Shown here one piece after another: positions 28,308 through 38,640 of a stretch of DNA of 64,000 nucleotides. Both the position numbers and the translations under genes were made by a program. Location: positions 922-64,921 of the forward strand of contig CAYQCE010000003.1 of the NCBI GenBank assembly GCA_964415885.1. The letters are read 5' to 3'. Origin of the DNA: an uncultured Ignavibacteria bacterium. Its GTDB lineage: Bacteria; Zixibacteria; MSB-5A5; JAABVY01; JAHJOQ01. Below the pieces are notes generated by a model. That model had not been told where the DNA came from. It saw only the letters and a program-made list of their open reading frames with translations, and made no database searches. How positions within the stretch are numbered: the first letter of the stretch is position 1; every line of letters begins with the position of its first letter.

Positions 28308-31004
28308 CTAACTCCCGCCTGTAACAGATGCCTCGAGCGACGCCAGATTCTCACGCGCCGGAGCGTAGTCCGGCTCTAACTGCAAAGCCCTTTCGTAGCC
28401 CACTTTCGCTGATTCATAGTGCCCGAGCCGGTAGTAGACATCGGCAACCTTCGTGAGGATTATGTGCGATTCCGGCATTAGCGACAGGCATAGTTCGTAC
28501 AGCTTGAGAGCGGCATCGAGCCGGCCTTTTTCGAACATTATGTCCCCGAGCAGATGAGCCACCTGAAAATCGTCGGGGGACAGCTCGAGATATGACGACA
28601 GCAGATCTGCAGCCTCATTCAGCTTCCCGGACTGCGCGAGTGTCAAGCCAAGATTGCGCGATACGAGCGCCGAATTCGGGCTGTGCGAGAGAGCGTTTCT
28701 ATAAGCTCTCTCAGCATCTTCGTATCTGCCGAGTTTGTAGTACGAGTTTCCGAGGTTGTTGAACACGTCGCCATCAGCTTCACCCTTCACCATCAGCCCT
28801 TCATAGTGGGCTGCGGCATTCTGAAAGTCATGCGCGGCGAAGTTAATATCACCGATCAGCCGGGCCGCGATTTCGAAATCCGGATGTTCACGCTGAAGAT
28901 CGTCGGCAATCCGTTTGGCATCATCAATCCGCTCAATCTGGAAATAGAGGGTTGCCAGCGCCTTCATTATGTCGCGATTTCGCGGCTGGGCTTTGTCGGC
29001 TTCCAAAAGATGTTGCTCCGATCGGGAGGCCTTTCCGATCAGGCGGTATGATTCTCCGAGAATGTAATGCGCCGGCCATGCATCCGGATGATTCTTCAAT
29101 TCAACTTCTGCTTCTTTCGCGGCAGACTCGTATTCGTTCTTATTGAACAGTATCTGCGCGATTCGCAGATGAGTCTCGAGAAATCCCTCGCCACATTCCG
29201 CCGCCCTGCGATAGTATTTTAGCGCTTCATCGACGTTCTTGAGATTCTCGCACGTCATCGCGAGATTGTAGTAGGCGTTCTGTTCCGATTTGAACGACAG
29301 AAGGATGATCGCTTCCGTCTCCTCGTTGTCCTTGAATGTCTCTCGAGCCTCGAGGTACCTCTCATACCACTTCTTAGCCTCTGTCCATTTCTGCTGAACC
29401 GATGAGATATGACCAAGCGTAATCAAGGGATCGAGATAATCGGGCCGATACTCGAGTGCTCTCTCGCAGGCTCGCCTTGCGTCATCAAGCCGGTTCTGGA
29501 AGTAGTATCCACTAGCGAGCTGATGGAGCGCCATCAAGTGAATGTGCCGCGTGTCCTTGTCATTCGGATCCGAATTGTCGACCGCCCTCTGAGCGTGGAA
29601 CTGTATCTTCTTCGCCTGTTCCGGACTCGGATTCGGCGTCTCGCCTCGGTATATCTGCGCGAGATTCATGTTGGCAAACGCATTGTTCGGATCCTCCTCG
29701 AGCTGCTGCAGCAGCAGCTCTCGAGAACGCTCGATCTTGCGCTTCATCTGCTCCGGCGAGAGGCCGTAGCCATAGTGCATGACTCGCACCGGACCGCGAA
29801 GGACTGTGTACCGATCAACGTCAAACTTCAACTGATTGTGCACGATGCCGGAGTAGTATGCTCCGATCGATCTCCGGAAAAATCGCGTTGACGGAAGAAA
29901 CGACTGATAGGAGCCATCCTCGGAGATATTGATCACCGAGCACGATACGAGATCATGTTCCTTCTGGTCGAGAAGTTGACGCAGTATCGGCAGGTCCTCC
30001 TGCACGATCTCCTCATCAGCATCGAGAATGCCAATCCACTCTTTGGTGGCGTAAGACAGCGACTGGTTTCTCGCTTTCGAGAAGTCCTTCTCCCACGCAT
30101 GGAAATGGACTTTTGCACCGTATGACTCGGCGATCTCGACTGTCCTGTCAGTAGAGCCCGTATCGACGACGATTATCTCATCGGCGAATGACTTGATGCT
30201 CTCCAGAGCTGTCGCCAGCCTCTCCTCTTCGTTCTTCACGATCATACAGAACGATACAGATGCCTTGTCGGTTTGCATCGAGTCTCTCAGCATCTCGAGC
30301 TCTTTCACATTCGGGCAGTGCTTGATACCACGTTCGAGCACTGTGATGGCATCTGCCTGCTGTGAGTTCGAGTTCAGCATGCGAGCGAGATTGATGTATG
30401 CAACCGGGTAGCGCGGCTCGGAATCGATCGAGCGTTCGAAGTACGCCACCGCCTCCTGAAGCCGCCCTTCCTCGCGAAGTGCCGCACCCATATTGTTCAA
30501 CACTTCGTACACCTTGTCGAATGTCCCTGTATATGCTGCATCGCTCCTATCGCTCTTGTCGAGCTGCGATCGAAGCTCGAGGTACTTCTGCCCGTAAATA
30601 TTCACGAGCGTGTAGTCCTCGAGACGGCTGTAGATATAGACGAGGAGATAGTATGCGTCGAGTTGCTCCTCATCCGCCGCAAGAGCCTTGAGCGCGCATT
30701 CCTTTGAAAGATCGTAATCGCCATTCTGAGCGGCCGCAAACCCCGCAACCCGGGACGCAAAGAGAAACGCGCGTTTGTCCTTCCCGGCCACCTCATCAGA
30801 GATTAGAGGCAGAATTGTCGAGAGCGCTGCCTCGTATTCGGCATCGTTGAGATGTCGCTGTGCAATATCTATCGTCTTCGCATACAGTGGATCGAACTTG
30901 ATTCCTGCTCCGGCAGAAACCGGATTAACCTCTGCACCGCGTTTTTTCGGCGTTCGCTTCGCTCTGCTCTTCTTCTGTTGCTTGCCCTTCTTAGCTCTTG
31001 CCAT
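28308..31004 (-). CDS. TPR-GT2-TPR glycosyltransferase
   Basis: SFCMIVKNEE, VVDTGSTD, DFSKARN, LDADE, HYGY flanked by many TPR repeats. Confidence 0.88.
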   Translation of the reverse strand: MARAKKGKQQKKSRAKRTPKKRGAEVNPVSAGAGIKFDPLYAKTIDIAQRHLNDAEYEAALSTILPLISDEVAGKDKRAFLFASRVAGFAAAQNGDYDLSKECALKALAADEEQLDAYYLLVYIYSRLEDYTLVNIYGQKYLELRSQLDKSDRSDAAYTGTFDKVYEVLNNMGAALREEGRLQEAVAYFERSIDSEPRYPVAYINLARMLNSNSQQADAITVLERGIKHCPNVKELEMLRDSMQTDKASVSFCMIVKNEEERLATALESIKSFADEIIVVDTGSTDRTVEIAESYGAKVHFHAWEKDFSKARNQSLSYATKEWIGILDADEEIVQEDLPILRQLLDQKEHDLVSCSVINISEDGSYQSFLPSTRFFRRSIGAYYSGIVHNQLKFDVDRYTVLRGPVRVMHYGYGLSPEQMKRKIERSRELLLQQLEEDPNNAFANMNLAQIYRGETPNPSPEQAKKIQFHAQRAVDNSDPNDKDTRHIHLMALHQLASGYYFQNRLDDARRACERALEYRPDYLDPLITLGHISSVQQKWTEAKKWYERYLEARETFKDNEETEAIILLSFKSEQNAYYNLAMTCENLKNVDEALKYYRRAAECGEGFLETHLRIAQILFNKNEYESAAKEAEVELKNHPDAWPAHYILGESYRLIGKASRSEQHLLEADKAQPRNRDIMKALATLYFQIERIDDAKRIADDLQREHPDFEIAARLIGDINFAAHDFQNAAAHYEGLMVKGEADGDVFNNLGNSYYKLGRYEDAERAYRNALSHSPNSALVSRNLGLTLAQSGKLNEAADLLSSYLELSPDDFQVAHLLGDIMFEKGRLDAALKLYELCLSLMPESHIILTKVADVYYRLGHYESAKVGYERALQLEPDYAPARENLASLEASVTGGS

Positions 31005-31019
31005 ATCAATATCGCCTTC

Positions 31020-31997
31020 TTATCTGACTCCAGCGGGGCTCTGCGGCACCCGATAGGGGTTCATATATGCGGGTCTGTTGGCTCCGATTCCATAGATCTG
31101 CTTCATCCATTCGATCGTTCTCGGCACTCCGACCTCCAGCGGTACTGACGGGTCGTGGCCGAAGTCCATCTTGGCTTTCGAGATATCAGGTTTCTTGTTC
31201 ATGACATTGTGCTTGTCTTCAGGGAGGTATGTCACCAGATTCTCGGAGGCTCCGGTATACTTGAGAACAAGGTCGGACAGGTCTTTGACACTCCGGAATT
31301 CACTTCCACCGATGTTGTAGACATTACCTGACTTGAAGTTCTCGCAGACCTCCGCGAGTGTCGGCACGAAGTCATCGATGTACATGAACACTCTGTGGTA
31401 TCCCAGGAAGACATTCCAGGGGATATTGTGGAGCGCTCTGTAGCAGAACAGACAGACCACCGAGCGATAGTGGTGATAGTGCTCACCGGGACCGTAGGCA
31501 TTAAAGAACCTGAGACGGACTACGGGCACCTCGTATCGACGTTCGAAGTTCATGATCTGAATCTCATTCACCCACTTTGTTGTAGCGTAGTCATTGTGCT
31601 GGATGATCGACGAATGCAGGGGAATGTCCTCGCGAAGGACATCCTCATGCTTGTCACCATAGATCTCCGATGAAGACGCAAATATGAGTTTGAAACCCTT
31701 TTTCTTCTGCCACTCGAGAATGTTGCGGGTTCCGATTACGTTGCTCTGCCAGAGCGTGTCGTAAAACTCTTCTCCGTTGATCCTGCCGAATTCCGCTGCG
31801 AGATGATAGACATAATCGTAGTTCTGCTCGAACACGCGTTCGAGCTGGCGGTAGTTTGCAACATCCGCGCGGAAGTAGTTCTCATCGGCCTGATGCTGCA
31901 GATCGCATGCCCAGACCTCATGCCCCCGCGCCTGGAGTTCGGCAACCAGGGGCTGCCCCAGCGTTCCCTTGCTTCCAGTGACCAGAATCTTAGCCAT
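31020..31997 (-). CDS. NAD-dependent nucleotide-sugar epimerase/dehydratase
   Basis: ILVTGSKGTLG, YHLAA, ASSSEIYG, YATTK, RFFNAYGP. Confidence 0.9.
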   Translation of the reverse strand: MAKILVTGSKGTLGQPLVAELQARGHEVWACDLQHQADENYFRADVANYRQLERVFEQNYDYVYHLAAEFGRINGEEFYDTLWQSNVIGTRNILEWQKKKGFKLIFASSSEIYGDKHEDVLREDIPLHSSIIQHNDYATTKWVNEIQIMNFERRYEVPVVRLRFFNAYGPGEHYHHYRSVVCLFCYRALHNIPWNVFLGYHRVFMYIDDFVPTLAEVCENFKSGNVYNIGGSEFRSVKDLSDLVLKYTGASENLVTYLPEDKHNVMNKKPDISKAKMDFGHDPSVPLEVGVPRTIEWMKQIYGIGANRPAYMNPYRVPQSPAGVR

Positions 31998-32056
31998 TAT
32001 CTGCTCCTTAATTATTCAATGATTTCGTTGTTATAATCCTTGTTCAGCTCGCCCGA

Positions 32057-32860
32057 TCACAGAGTTGTTACGACGGAGCCCACTCCACTCAAATTAAACT
32101 CCCCAGCCAATCTGCCCAGTATCCGCTGTTTCACATCTCCAAGGTTAGGCAGAGGCTTGCGCTCCGGCATATACTCCTCGCCAAACCACTTGTAGTCGAC
32201 TTCTTCCAGTTCTGCGCCATCAAGTACCGACAGGTAGTTTCCTGTCGGATGAAGCCGAAGATAGTTCGAGATCTTGCCGTAGAGCTTCTCCTCCGATGCG
32301 GAGCTGTAGTGCAACAGCTTTATGTTTACTTTGGTTGGATTGTCCATCTGCGGCGGCCAGAGTCTCTTGTGCAGCCCCGCAACCTCCTCGATTCGCATGT
32401 CACCCGCATTCCGCCAGATTCTCGGAGGGCTTGTCTTTCCGAGGCCTTTGTCGACCCTGTACCAGTTCTCCGCTATCCAGAGTTGTATCCATTCAAAGCA
32501 GAGAGAATTGATTCGCCTCGACTCCGCCCAGCGGAGCATATTGCGGAAGAACCCGTTCTCAAAAACACGTTTTTCGAACAGCTCGTCTGCATCGAACGAG
32601 ATGATCCAGTCCGGATCCAGTGTCATCACCCTTTCGAGCAGTCGTGCCTTGTTTGTCGTCTCGGCGTTCTTTTCCCAGTTGTTTTCGCGGTTGACTATTA
32701 TCTGGTCAGTGTACTCACGTACGATCTCAATCGAGTTGTCCGTCGAGGCGTCATCGAGAACGACCATTTCATCACAGAGCTTCGAGTAGTGATCCAGCGC
32801 TGTCCTCAGATGGCCGAGTTGTCGCTCGTTGAATATCTGAGCCATTCCGACGATTTTCAT
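32057..32860 (-). CDS. GT2-family glycosyltransferase
   Basis: VVLDDASTDNS, WIISFDADE, LLHY. Confidence 0.8.
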   Translation of the reverse strand: MKIVGMAQIFNERQLGHLRTALDHYSKLCDEMVVLDDASTDNSIEIVREYTDQIIVNRENNWEKNAETTNKARLLERVMTLDPDWIISFDADELFEKRVFENGFFRNMLRWAESRRINSLCFEWIQLWIAENWYRVDKGLGKTSPPRIWRNAGDMRIEEVAGLHKRLWPPQMDNPTKVNIKLLHYSSASEEKLYGKISNYLRLHPTGNYLSVLDGAELEEVDYKWFGEEYMPERKPLPNLGDVKQRILGRLAGEFNLSGVGSVVTTL

Positions 32861-32861
32861 A

Positions 32862-33125
32862 TCAAGTCCCTACTTTCTCCACCTGATGATAGATCTTCAC
32901 CTTCGGGTCGGTGATCTTTACGCCGCCGCTGACCGCATCCGCGAGGAACTGATCGATTTCATCGATCAGGTCATTGCGCTGCTGGTTTACGAGCGATACC
33001 TTGTCGGCAGCATCGAGACGCTCGCTGTCCGGAAGTGACATGTCTCTCCGGATGTCTTCGAGATGCCACAGGCGCAAGTTCTTTATCGTCAGCTTGTCAA
33101 CCAGACTTCCCAGTGTTTCCGCCAT
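32862..33125 (-). CDS. Small DUF4254-like protein
   Basis: ETLGSLVDKLTI, LWHLED, NQQRNDLIDEID. Confidence 0.65.
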   Translation of the reverse strand: MAETLGSLVDKLTIKNLRLWHLEDIRRDMSLPDSERLDAADKVSLVNQQRNDLIDEIDQFLADAVSGGVKITDPKVKIYHQVEKVGT

Positions 33126-33149
33126 CTTGGTCTCCTTTATCTCAGAATC

Positions 33150-34928
33150 TTAGAATTCCATTCTTCCCGTGGGAAGCTCAATGCGCGAGCTCGACAGCTT
33201 CGCGAGGAGCTTACCGCTCTTGCTCTTCTCCGCCCTGTCATCGAGCAGAACAGAACCGGTATTCTCGCCCATCCAGAGCCCATTGCGAAGCTTCGGTTCG
33301 AAATCATATATGCAAATGCCATAATCCTGTTTGAGCCTGCACTGACTGCAGATCGATTCTCCCTGAGGGACAAACCACTCCTTGCCGGGAGCCTTCGGAT
33401 TGTCTAACCGCCGCATCGTCTCCTCAGCGACCTGCTCAGTTGTTACATCGTGTGAACTGCGCATCCTCCGGCGCATTATGCTCTTCGACCAGTAGTGGCT
33501 AAACTCCCATTCGTATAGTTTTCCACCCCTTCCCGGCTTGATGAAACTTATGACCTCGCCGGTAGTCTTTTCCGAGCAGAGATAGGTGAGTCTTAGCTGC
33601 GGGAGCACGCACTTGTTCGGGATTCCGCCCCAAACGGGCGCCTCGTCATCCTCACACGTATGAATCACGATCTGCGGCGTCTCAACCAAAGGTGCGATCA
33701 TCGCCGAAACAGCGGTCGATGTGGAAATCAACAGATCCATCTTTTGGAAGAGAAGGACCTCGTCATACGCCACGAGTCTTCCCAAATCCGTAACATTCGG
33801 GATGTCCACGAGACTGCTCGACTCTTCCTGAGCGCTGTAAAAGGTGTAAAAGTCTATGTCGCTCCGCTGGCTGTTTAGGACATTTATGAGCTTACGGTAC
33901 TTTTCCGCATCCCAACCGGAGATTTCCCACGGAAGCGACATGTTGGGTCGATAGGTCGGGATGAAAAGCATGACCTTCTTCTTCCCATTCGACTTTGCCA
34001 ACATTCTGTCGACTCGATCGATGTCTTCCTGAGGGTAGTTGAACTTGAGACGTATACCCTTGTCGAGTACTCTGTCCCAGCCATCTGGACCATCGAAACC
34101 GTCGATGAACTTTCGCGGCTGCCACTTCTCATCTACATCGAATGCCCCACGCAACACCACATCGTATTTATAGTCGTTGAGCGGCACCGATGGATTATCG
34201 ACTGTCTTCTCAGTGACTTCGTCCACAGTCTCGGCTATCTCAAACAGAGGTTTCTCAATCTTGCCGGCGGCATATGCTACATGCGCACCAGGGTATCTGG
34301 CCTTGAAAATAGCGGTCAGCGGATATGACAGAAGTGAATCTCCGAATACACGTGCGATTGACTCAACGAGAATTTTCGGACCGGCAGTCTCCTTACGCAT
34401 ACTGTTCGACGGAACCCTGCGCGCGCTTTCCCGGATATCATCTTCAGACTTCTGAGCTTCGATCAGAATCCGCAGCGGGTCACGCCCCGGAAGCGGCCTC
34501 GGCTGGTCGAAACCACTATCCTCAAGCGCTCGCTTCAGTGAGCCGATATCATAGAGCTGTTTCACGAAATCATATTCGTGATCCTGAGCACCATACATCA
34601 GCCTGACAAGATCGCGGAGACGTCTCGAATCACGCCCATCTCTCAGCGCAGCCGACAGCTCCCGAATCATCCTCGGTAGATCAAGCGTCTCAATGCGGAT
34701 ACTCCCACCCGGCTTAAGCACACGGTGCCATTCCCGGAGGAATTCTACCAGTTCGTTCACGCCCAGATACTCGACGAGTCTCGATGCGTTCAGTTCGTCC
34801 ACCGAGCAATCGTCGAATGGCATGCGGCGTGCGTCGGCAACATACGTGGCGCCGGGCAGTTCTCTAATGTCGAGGCCTTCGAAACCTTCTCTTATTTCTT
34901 CTCCACAACCGAGATCAATCTTCAACAT
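33150..34928 (-). CDS. SAM methyltransferase / GT9-like glycosyltransferase fusion
   Basis: IDLGCG...EWHRVLKPGG (class I MTase), then FGDSLL...FKARYPGAHV and DLLISTST...APLVETPQI (GT9-like). Confidence 0.7.
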   Translation of the reverse strand: MLKIDLGCGEEIREGFEGLDIRELPGATYVADARRMPFDDCSVDELNASRLVEYLGVNELVEFLREWHRVLKPGGSIRIETLDLPRMIRELSAALRDGRDSRRLRDLVRLMYGAQDHEYDFVKQLYDIGSLKRALEDSGFDQPRPLPGRDPLRILIEAQKSEDDIRESARRVPSNSMRKETAGPKILVESIARVFGDSLLSYPLTAIFKARYPGAHVAYAAGKIEKPLFEIAETVDEVTEKTVDNPSVPLNDYKYDVVLRGAFDVDEKWQPRKFIDGFDGPDGWDRVLDKGIRLKFNYPQEDIDRVDRMLAKSNGKKKVMLFIPTYRPNMSLPWEISGWDAEKYRKLINVLNSQRSDIDFYTFYSAQEESSSLVDIPNVTDLGRLVAYDEVLLFQKMDLLISTSTAVSAMIAPLVETPQIVIHTCEDDEAPVWGGIPNKCVLPQLRLTYLCSEKTTGEVISFIKPGRGGKLYEWEFSHYWSKSIMRRRMRSSHDVTTEQVAEETMRRLDNPKAPGKEWFVPQGESICSQCRLKQDYGICIYDFEPKLRNGLWMGENTGSVLLDDRAEKSKSGKLLAKLSSSRIELPTGRMEF

Positions 34929-34932
34929 AGGA

Positions 34933-37900
34933 TTATACCTTTTCGAGGAAGTCTGACAGGTGACGGATCAGGTCTTTTTCATGCCACCACTTTCTAAACC
35001 AGTCGTATGTCTTCTTCTGCAAATGCTCCAGGTCTTTCGGATTCGAAACGAGATCTCGAATGAAGTGATAGACCTCACTCTCCGTCGACGGCGTATACCA
35101 CGGCAACTCGTTAGTACCGATCGAATTCGCGATGACCTTCTTACCGAAATCATCCATGTGAACAATGTTGACCATTCCGAGCGCCGAGTTCTCGACCGAG
35201 GACAGACAATAGTAGCCATCGCCGATCTGGAGCTGGTCGAACGCAATGTTACCCTGCCGTTTCAGGTTGATCGCCTCGTCGAACCCCATATTCTCGCAGA
35301 GACGGAAACTCACATTCGGGTAGACTGCGCTGATTTTGTTGTCTACAGATTCATAGATATCGGTGTTCTTGATCGGGCGATCAGTCGGCGAATGGATGAC
35401 TGTAATCTGATCGCCAACCTCGATCTCGCGATGATACCTCGGATTCTCCAGATCTATCAGAATCGGGGTGTACGTCGATCCTGGCATGTTTCGATGAATA
35501 TCCGGCTGGCAGGTTATTATCGGCCATCCCTTTTCACGATACAGATCGAGATAGAACTGGTAGTTCCTGCGGATGGATGTCGACCCATAGAAGAACACCG
35601 CACATCGCTTGTCCTTCGTATAGACGCGCCAGTCGATCGGTCCAAACGGGACATCATCGGTGTCACGATACTGCGAGTCGAACTGAGATACACCGGGCGC
35701 GACCGCAGCCGAGAATAGAAGCACATCCGCTTCCTCGGCTACTCGCTGCACCTCGGAGAAGTCTGTCATAGCCTCTTCGCCGCCCCACGCTGTCTTTTTC
35801 AGAACGATATCGGAATCGAACCCGCGTGATTCGGTGTGCGTGACAATCCTCATCTTGTGAGGCGTATAGCGCTCCACAGCCTTTTTGAACATCGCTGAGA
35901 TGCCGCCCGGATCGATTACGCCGATCCACGCGATATTCAGGCTCTTCTTCGTATTCGACTTGCCCACGAACGGCTTCCTTGGCGTTACGAGCTTCTTGTT
36001 CTGCTCATACGCATCGAACCAGTTCTTCATATATCCGCGATAGATATCCCAATGCTTCTCTGTATCGATGCTGTTCGCAACGTTATCGTCGTGCACACGA
36101 TAGTAAAGGAGCGGCTCATCCATGTATGCGATGTCGTAGAAGTACGCTATCTTGTGCCACATCGCGCCGTCGGCAGTGTAGCCACGTCTTCCACCGAGCC
36201 CCTCGTCAAACCAACCGGTCCTTTCGAGGCACGACTTGCGGAACATCGCCGAGCAGCCGTTAATCGGGTTGCGATTCCAGAGATCTTCGAGCGGGTTCTC
36301 CAACGGCTTCACATTGGCTCTGCCTGTGACATTCGATCTCTCATCGATATAATCGAAATCCGAGTAGACCATCGCGATCTCAGGATGCTCGTGCAGATAC
36401 CGTATCTGTTTCTCGACTTTCTCGGGTTTATAGACATCGTCCGAGGAGAGCCAGCTAATCAGATCGCCTTCGGCAGCACGGATGCAACTGTTCAAAGCAG
36501 CCGAGACACCGCGATTGCGGTGATGGCTCAGAATCTTCACTCTGTCCTTATACTTCTCGAGCACAAACTGCGTGCTGTCGGTCGAGCAATCGTCGCAAAC
36601 GATCACTTCGCAATTCTTGTAGGTCTGTTTGAGCGCTGATTCGATCGCTTCCTCGAGATACTCCGCGCGGTTGAATGTCGGAATTACAATCGACACCCTG
36701 CCAAGATCGACATCGCTCTTCCTGACCGCTTCCGGGACAAGCCTGTTGCGCTTCTGGTCCGTCGATCTGCCGGACGGACTCGCTCCAAGCGAGTCGATGA
36801 CCCTTGTGAATCCGCGCACCGTATTCTCGAGCGAGAATTGGCCGGCTATATATTCACGGTTTTCGTGCGCGAGTTCCTTTCGATCGGCCCCCATCAGCTC
36901 CCTCACCAGACGAACGCAATCATCCGGTGTGTAGAACAGGTACTTTTCCGGATAGATGTTCTCTGCACCGGGCCAGTGATGAACCAGCGGGAGGACTCCG
37001 GACGCCATCCCCTCGGCGATCGAATAGTGGAACGACTCGAACAACGAGGTCGAGATTACAAAATCCTTGTCCTTTAAGTAGGCCGGCACATCGTTGACCC
37101 AGTTTTCGAGACTAATCGGAAGATTCAGCTTCGTGAGCATGTGGTCAAAGTATATCTTGATCCGCGGATCCTGATGAGCCCCGGCTATGTGGAACCTGAA
37201 CTCCGGATCCCAGTCGTGAATCGCCTTGAAGCAGTACAAGAGCAGCGCCGGATTTTTCTTGTAGTTGATGTATCCGAGCGAACAGATGTTCTTGCCGTAC
37301 TTCTTGTCTTGTGGAACCACGAACTTATTTATGTCCACGCCGTTGCGGATAATCTCCGGCTTGATCGGAAGATTGTGGAATGTTCGCAGAACATGCTCGA
37401 CATTCTCATTGACGAGGATGAGCTTATCCACCTTGCTCCAATCGACCATGTCCGGCATTTCGGTGAATGCCTCATAGGAATGCAGCCGACAAATGATCTT
37501 GCATGTCTTCGGAAGCTTGGTCGCCTCGATCAGAAGCTGGTCACACCATTCGAACCATGCCACATCCGCCCACCGAAGAAGCTCGGTGAACTGCTCGACG
37601 TTCTGGCCCGCAAAGCGGCGTATTTCATTGTTTCTGGACAGTTGATGAAGAATCCCTTCGGCAAATGAGTTTTGAGTCGAGAAGAACGCAATCTTGTAAC
37701 CTCTTTTGGCGGTTTCGGCCGTGCGTGCAACCGTAATTGGACGGCCAGGCTCCGTGCTCTCGACCAAACTGGCAGCCTGTGTGATCTTCTGCCTGATCTC
37801 CTTCATCTTAGGATCATCCGGAACCAGCTTAAGGAAGCTATCAACGGCTTCAGTCGCTTCGTCGAAACGTTTCCGGCTGAGGCAGAATTCGACCAGATTC

Positions 37901-38379
37901 TCGTATGCTTTCTCGTAGAATGGATTCAATTTGATAGCCTTGTTAAAGCACTCGATCGCCTCACCCGTCTTTTCAGCGTGGGCAAGAACGACCGCTAGAT
38001 CATTGAACCCTTCTGCATTCTGCGGATCGAGCTCAGTGACCTTCGTAAAGGAAACGATCGCTCGCTCGGTGTCCTCCTCAGCGGCATACAGAAGACCCAG
38101 ATTGTGATGGATGTCTCTGTCGTCAGGGGATATCTCGAGAGCTTTCTCGAGATGGTCTATTGCGGCGGAGTAGTTCTCCAGTCGAGTCGCAAGTCCGCCG
38201 GCAGTGGTCTGAATTTCGATTGACTGCTGGAATTTCTGTGAGAGCTCGTCAACAAGTTCATAAGCCTTTGCCAGCTCTCCGGCCCTAATGTAGATATCTG
38301 CGAGTTCCAGACGGCTCTGGTGGTCATCCGGAGATGATACTACCTTTGCCTCCAGCTCCCGGGTCTTCTGCACATCCAT
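34933..38379 (-). CDS. Multidomain TPR-GT4-GT2-GT-B glycosyltransferase
   Basis: TPRs; ESFHYSIAEGMASG (GT4); VSIVIPTFNR, VCDDCSTD, LSSDD (GT2); C-terminal HSPTDR..K...FDQL...SSVENSALG. Confidence 0.85.
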   Translation of the reverse strand: MDVQKTRELEAKVVSSPDDHQSRLELADIYIRAGELAKAYELVDELSQKFQQSIEIQTTAGGLATRLENYSAAIDHLEKALEISPDDRDIHHNLGLLYAAEEDTERAIVSFTKVTELDPQNAEGFNDLAVVLAHAEKTGEAIECFNKAIKLNPFYEKAYENLVEFCLSRKRFDEATEAVDSFLKLVPDDPKMKEIRQKITQAASLVESTEPGRPITVARTAETAKRGYKIAFFSTQNSFAEGILHQLSRNNEIRRFAGQNVEQFTELLRWADVAWFEWCDQLLIEATKLPKTCKIICRLHSYEAFTEMPDMVDWSKVDKLILVNENVEHVLRTFHNLPIKPEIIRNGVDINKFVVPQDKKYGKNICSLGYINYKKNPALLLYCFKAIHDWDPEFRFHIAGAHQDPRIKIYFDHMLTKLNLPISLENWVNDVPAYLKDKDFVISTSLFESFHYSIAEGMASGVLPLVHHWPGAENIYPEKYLFYTPDDCVRLVRELMGADRKELAHENREYIAGQFSLENTVRGFTRVIDSLGASPSGRSTDQKRNRLVPEAVRKSDVDLGRVSIVIPTFNRAEYLEEAIESALKQTYKNCEVIVCDDCSTDSTQFVLEKYKDRVKILSHHRNRGVSAALNSCIRAAEGDLISWLSSDDVYKPEKVEKQIRYLHEHPEIAMVYSDFDYIDERSNVTGRANVKPLENPLEDLWNRNPINGCSAMFRKSCLERTGWFDEGLGGRRGYTADGAMWHKIAYFYDIAYMDEPLLYYRVHDDNVANSIDTEKHWDIYRGYMKNWFDAYEQNKKLVTPRKPFVGKSNTKKSLNIAWIGVIDPGGISAMFKKAVERYTPHKMRIVTHTESRGFDSDIVLKKTAWGGEEAMTDFSEVQRVAEEADVLLFSAAVAPGVSQFDSQYRDTDDVPFGPIDWRVYTKDKRCAVFFYGSTSIRRNYQFYLDLYREKGWPIITCQPDIHRNMPGSTYTPILIDLENPRYHREIEVGDQITVIHSPTDRPIKNTDIYESVDNKISAVYPNVSFRLCENMGFDEAINLKRQGNIAFDQLQIGDGYYCLSSVENSALGMVNIVHMDDFGKKVIANSIGTNELPWYTPSTESEVYHFIRDLVSNPKDLEHLQKKTYDWFRKWWHEKDLIRHLSDFLEKV

Positions 38380-38640
38380 GTACAACCTTCTTCCTATTTT
38401 TCACAAATTCCAATTCGTGTTTCATATCTGCCCTGTTATCCTCGGGCATTTCAGGCTGATCCGACAGCCATCCTGAGCAATTCCAGCTCAAGCTACCGGC
38501 CATGAGGCCGTTCTCCAATTCTCTGCGTCCTGCGATCCCGGCGGCGGTGGCCCCCTTTAGCCCTAACACAGCCTCAAAATGTGAGGCGGTTGGATCAGAT
38601 GACGATCCTGCCGCGCCGAGAATTTCTTTCTGCGTATCCA

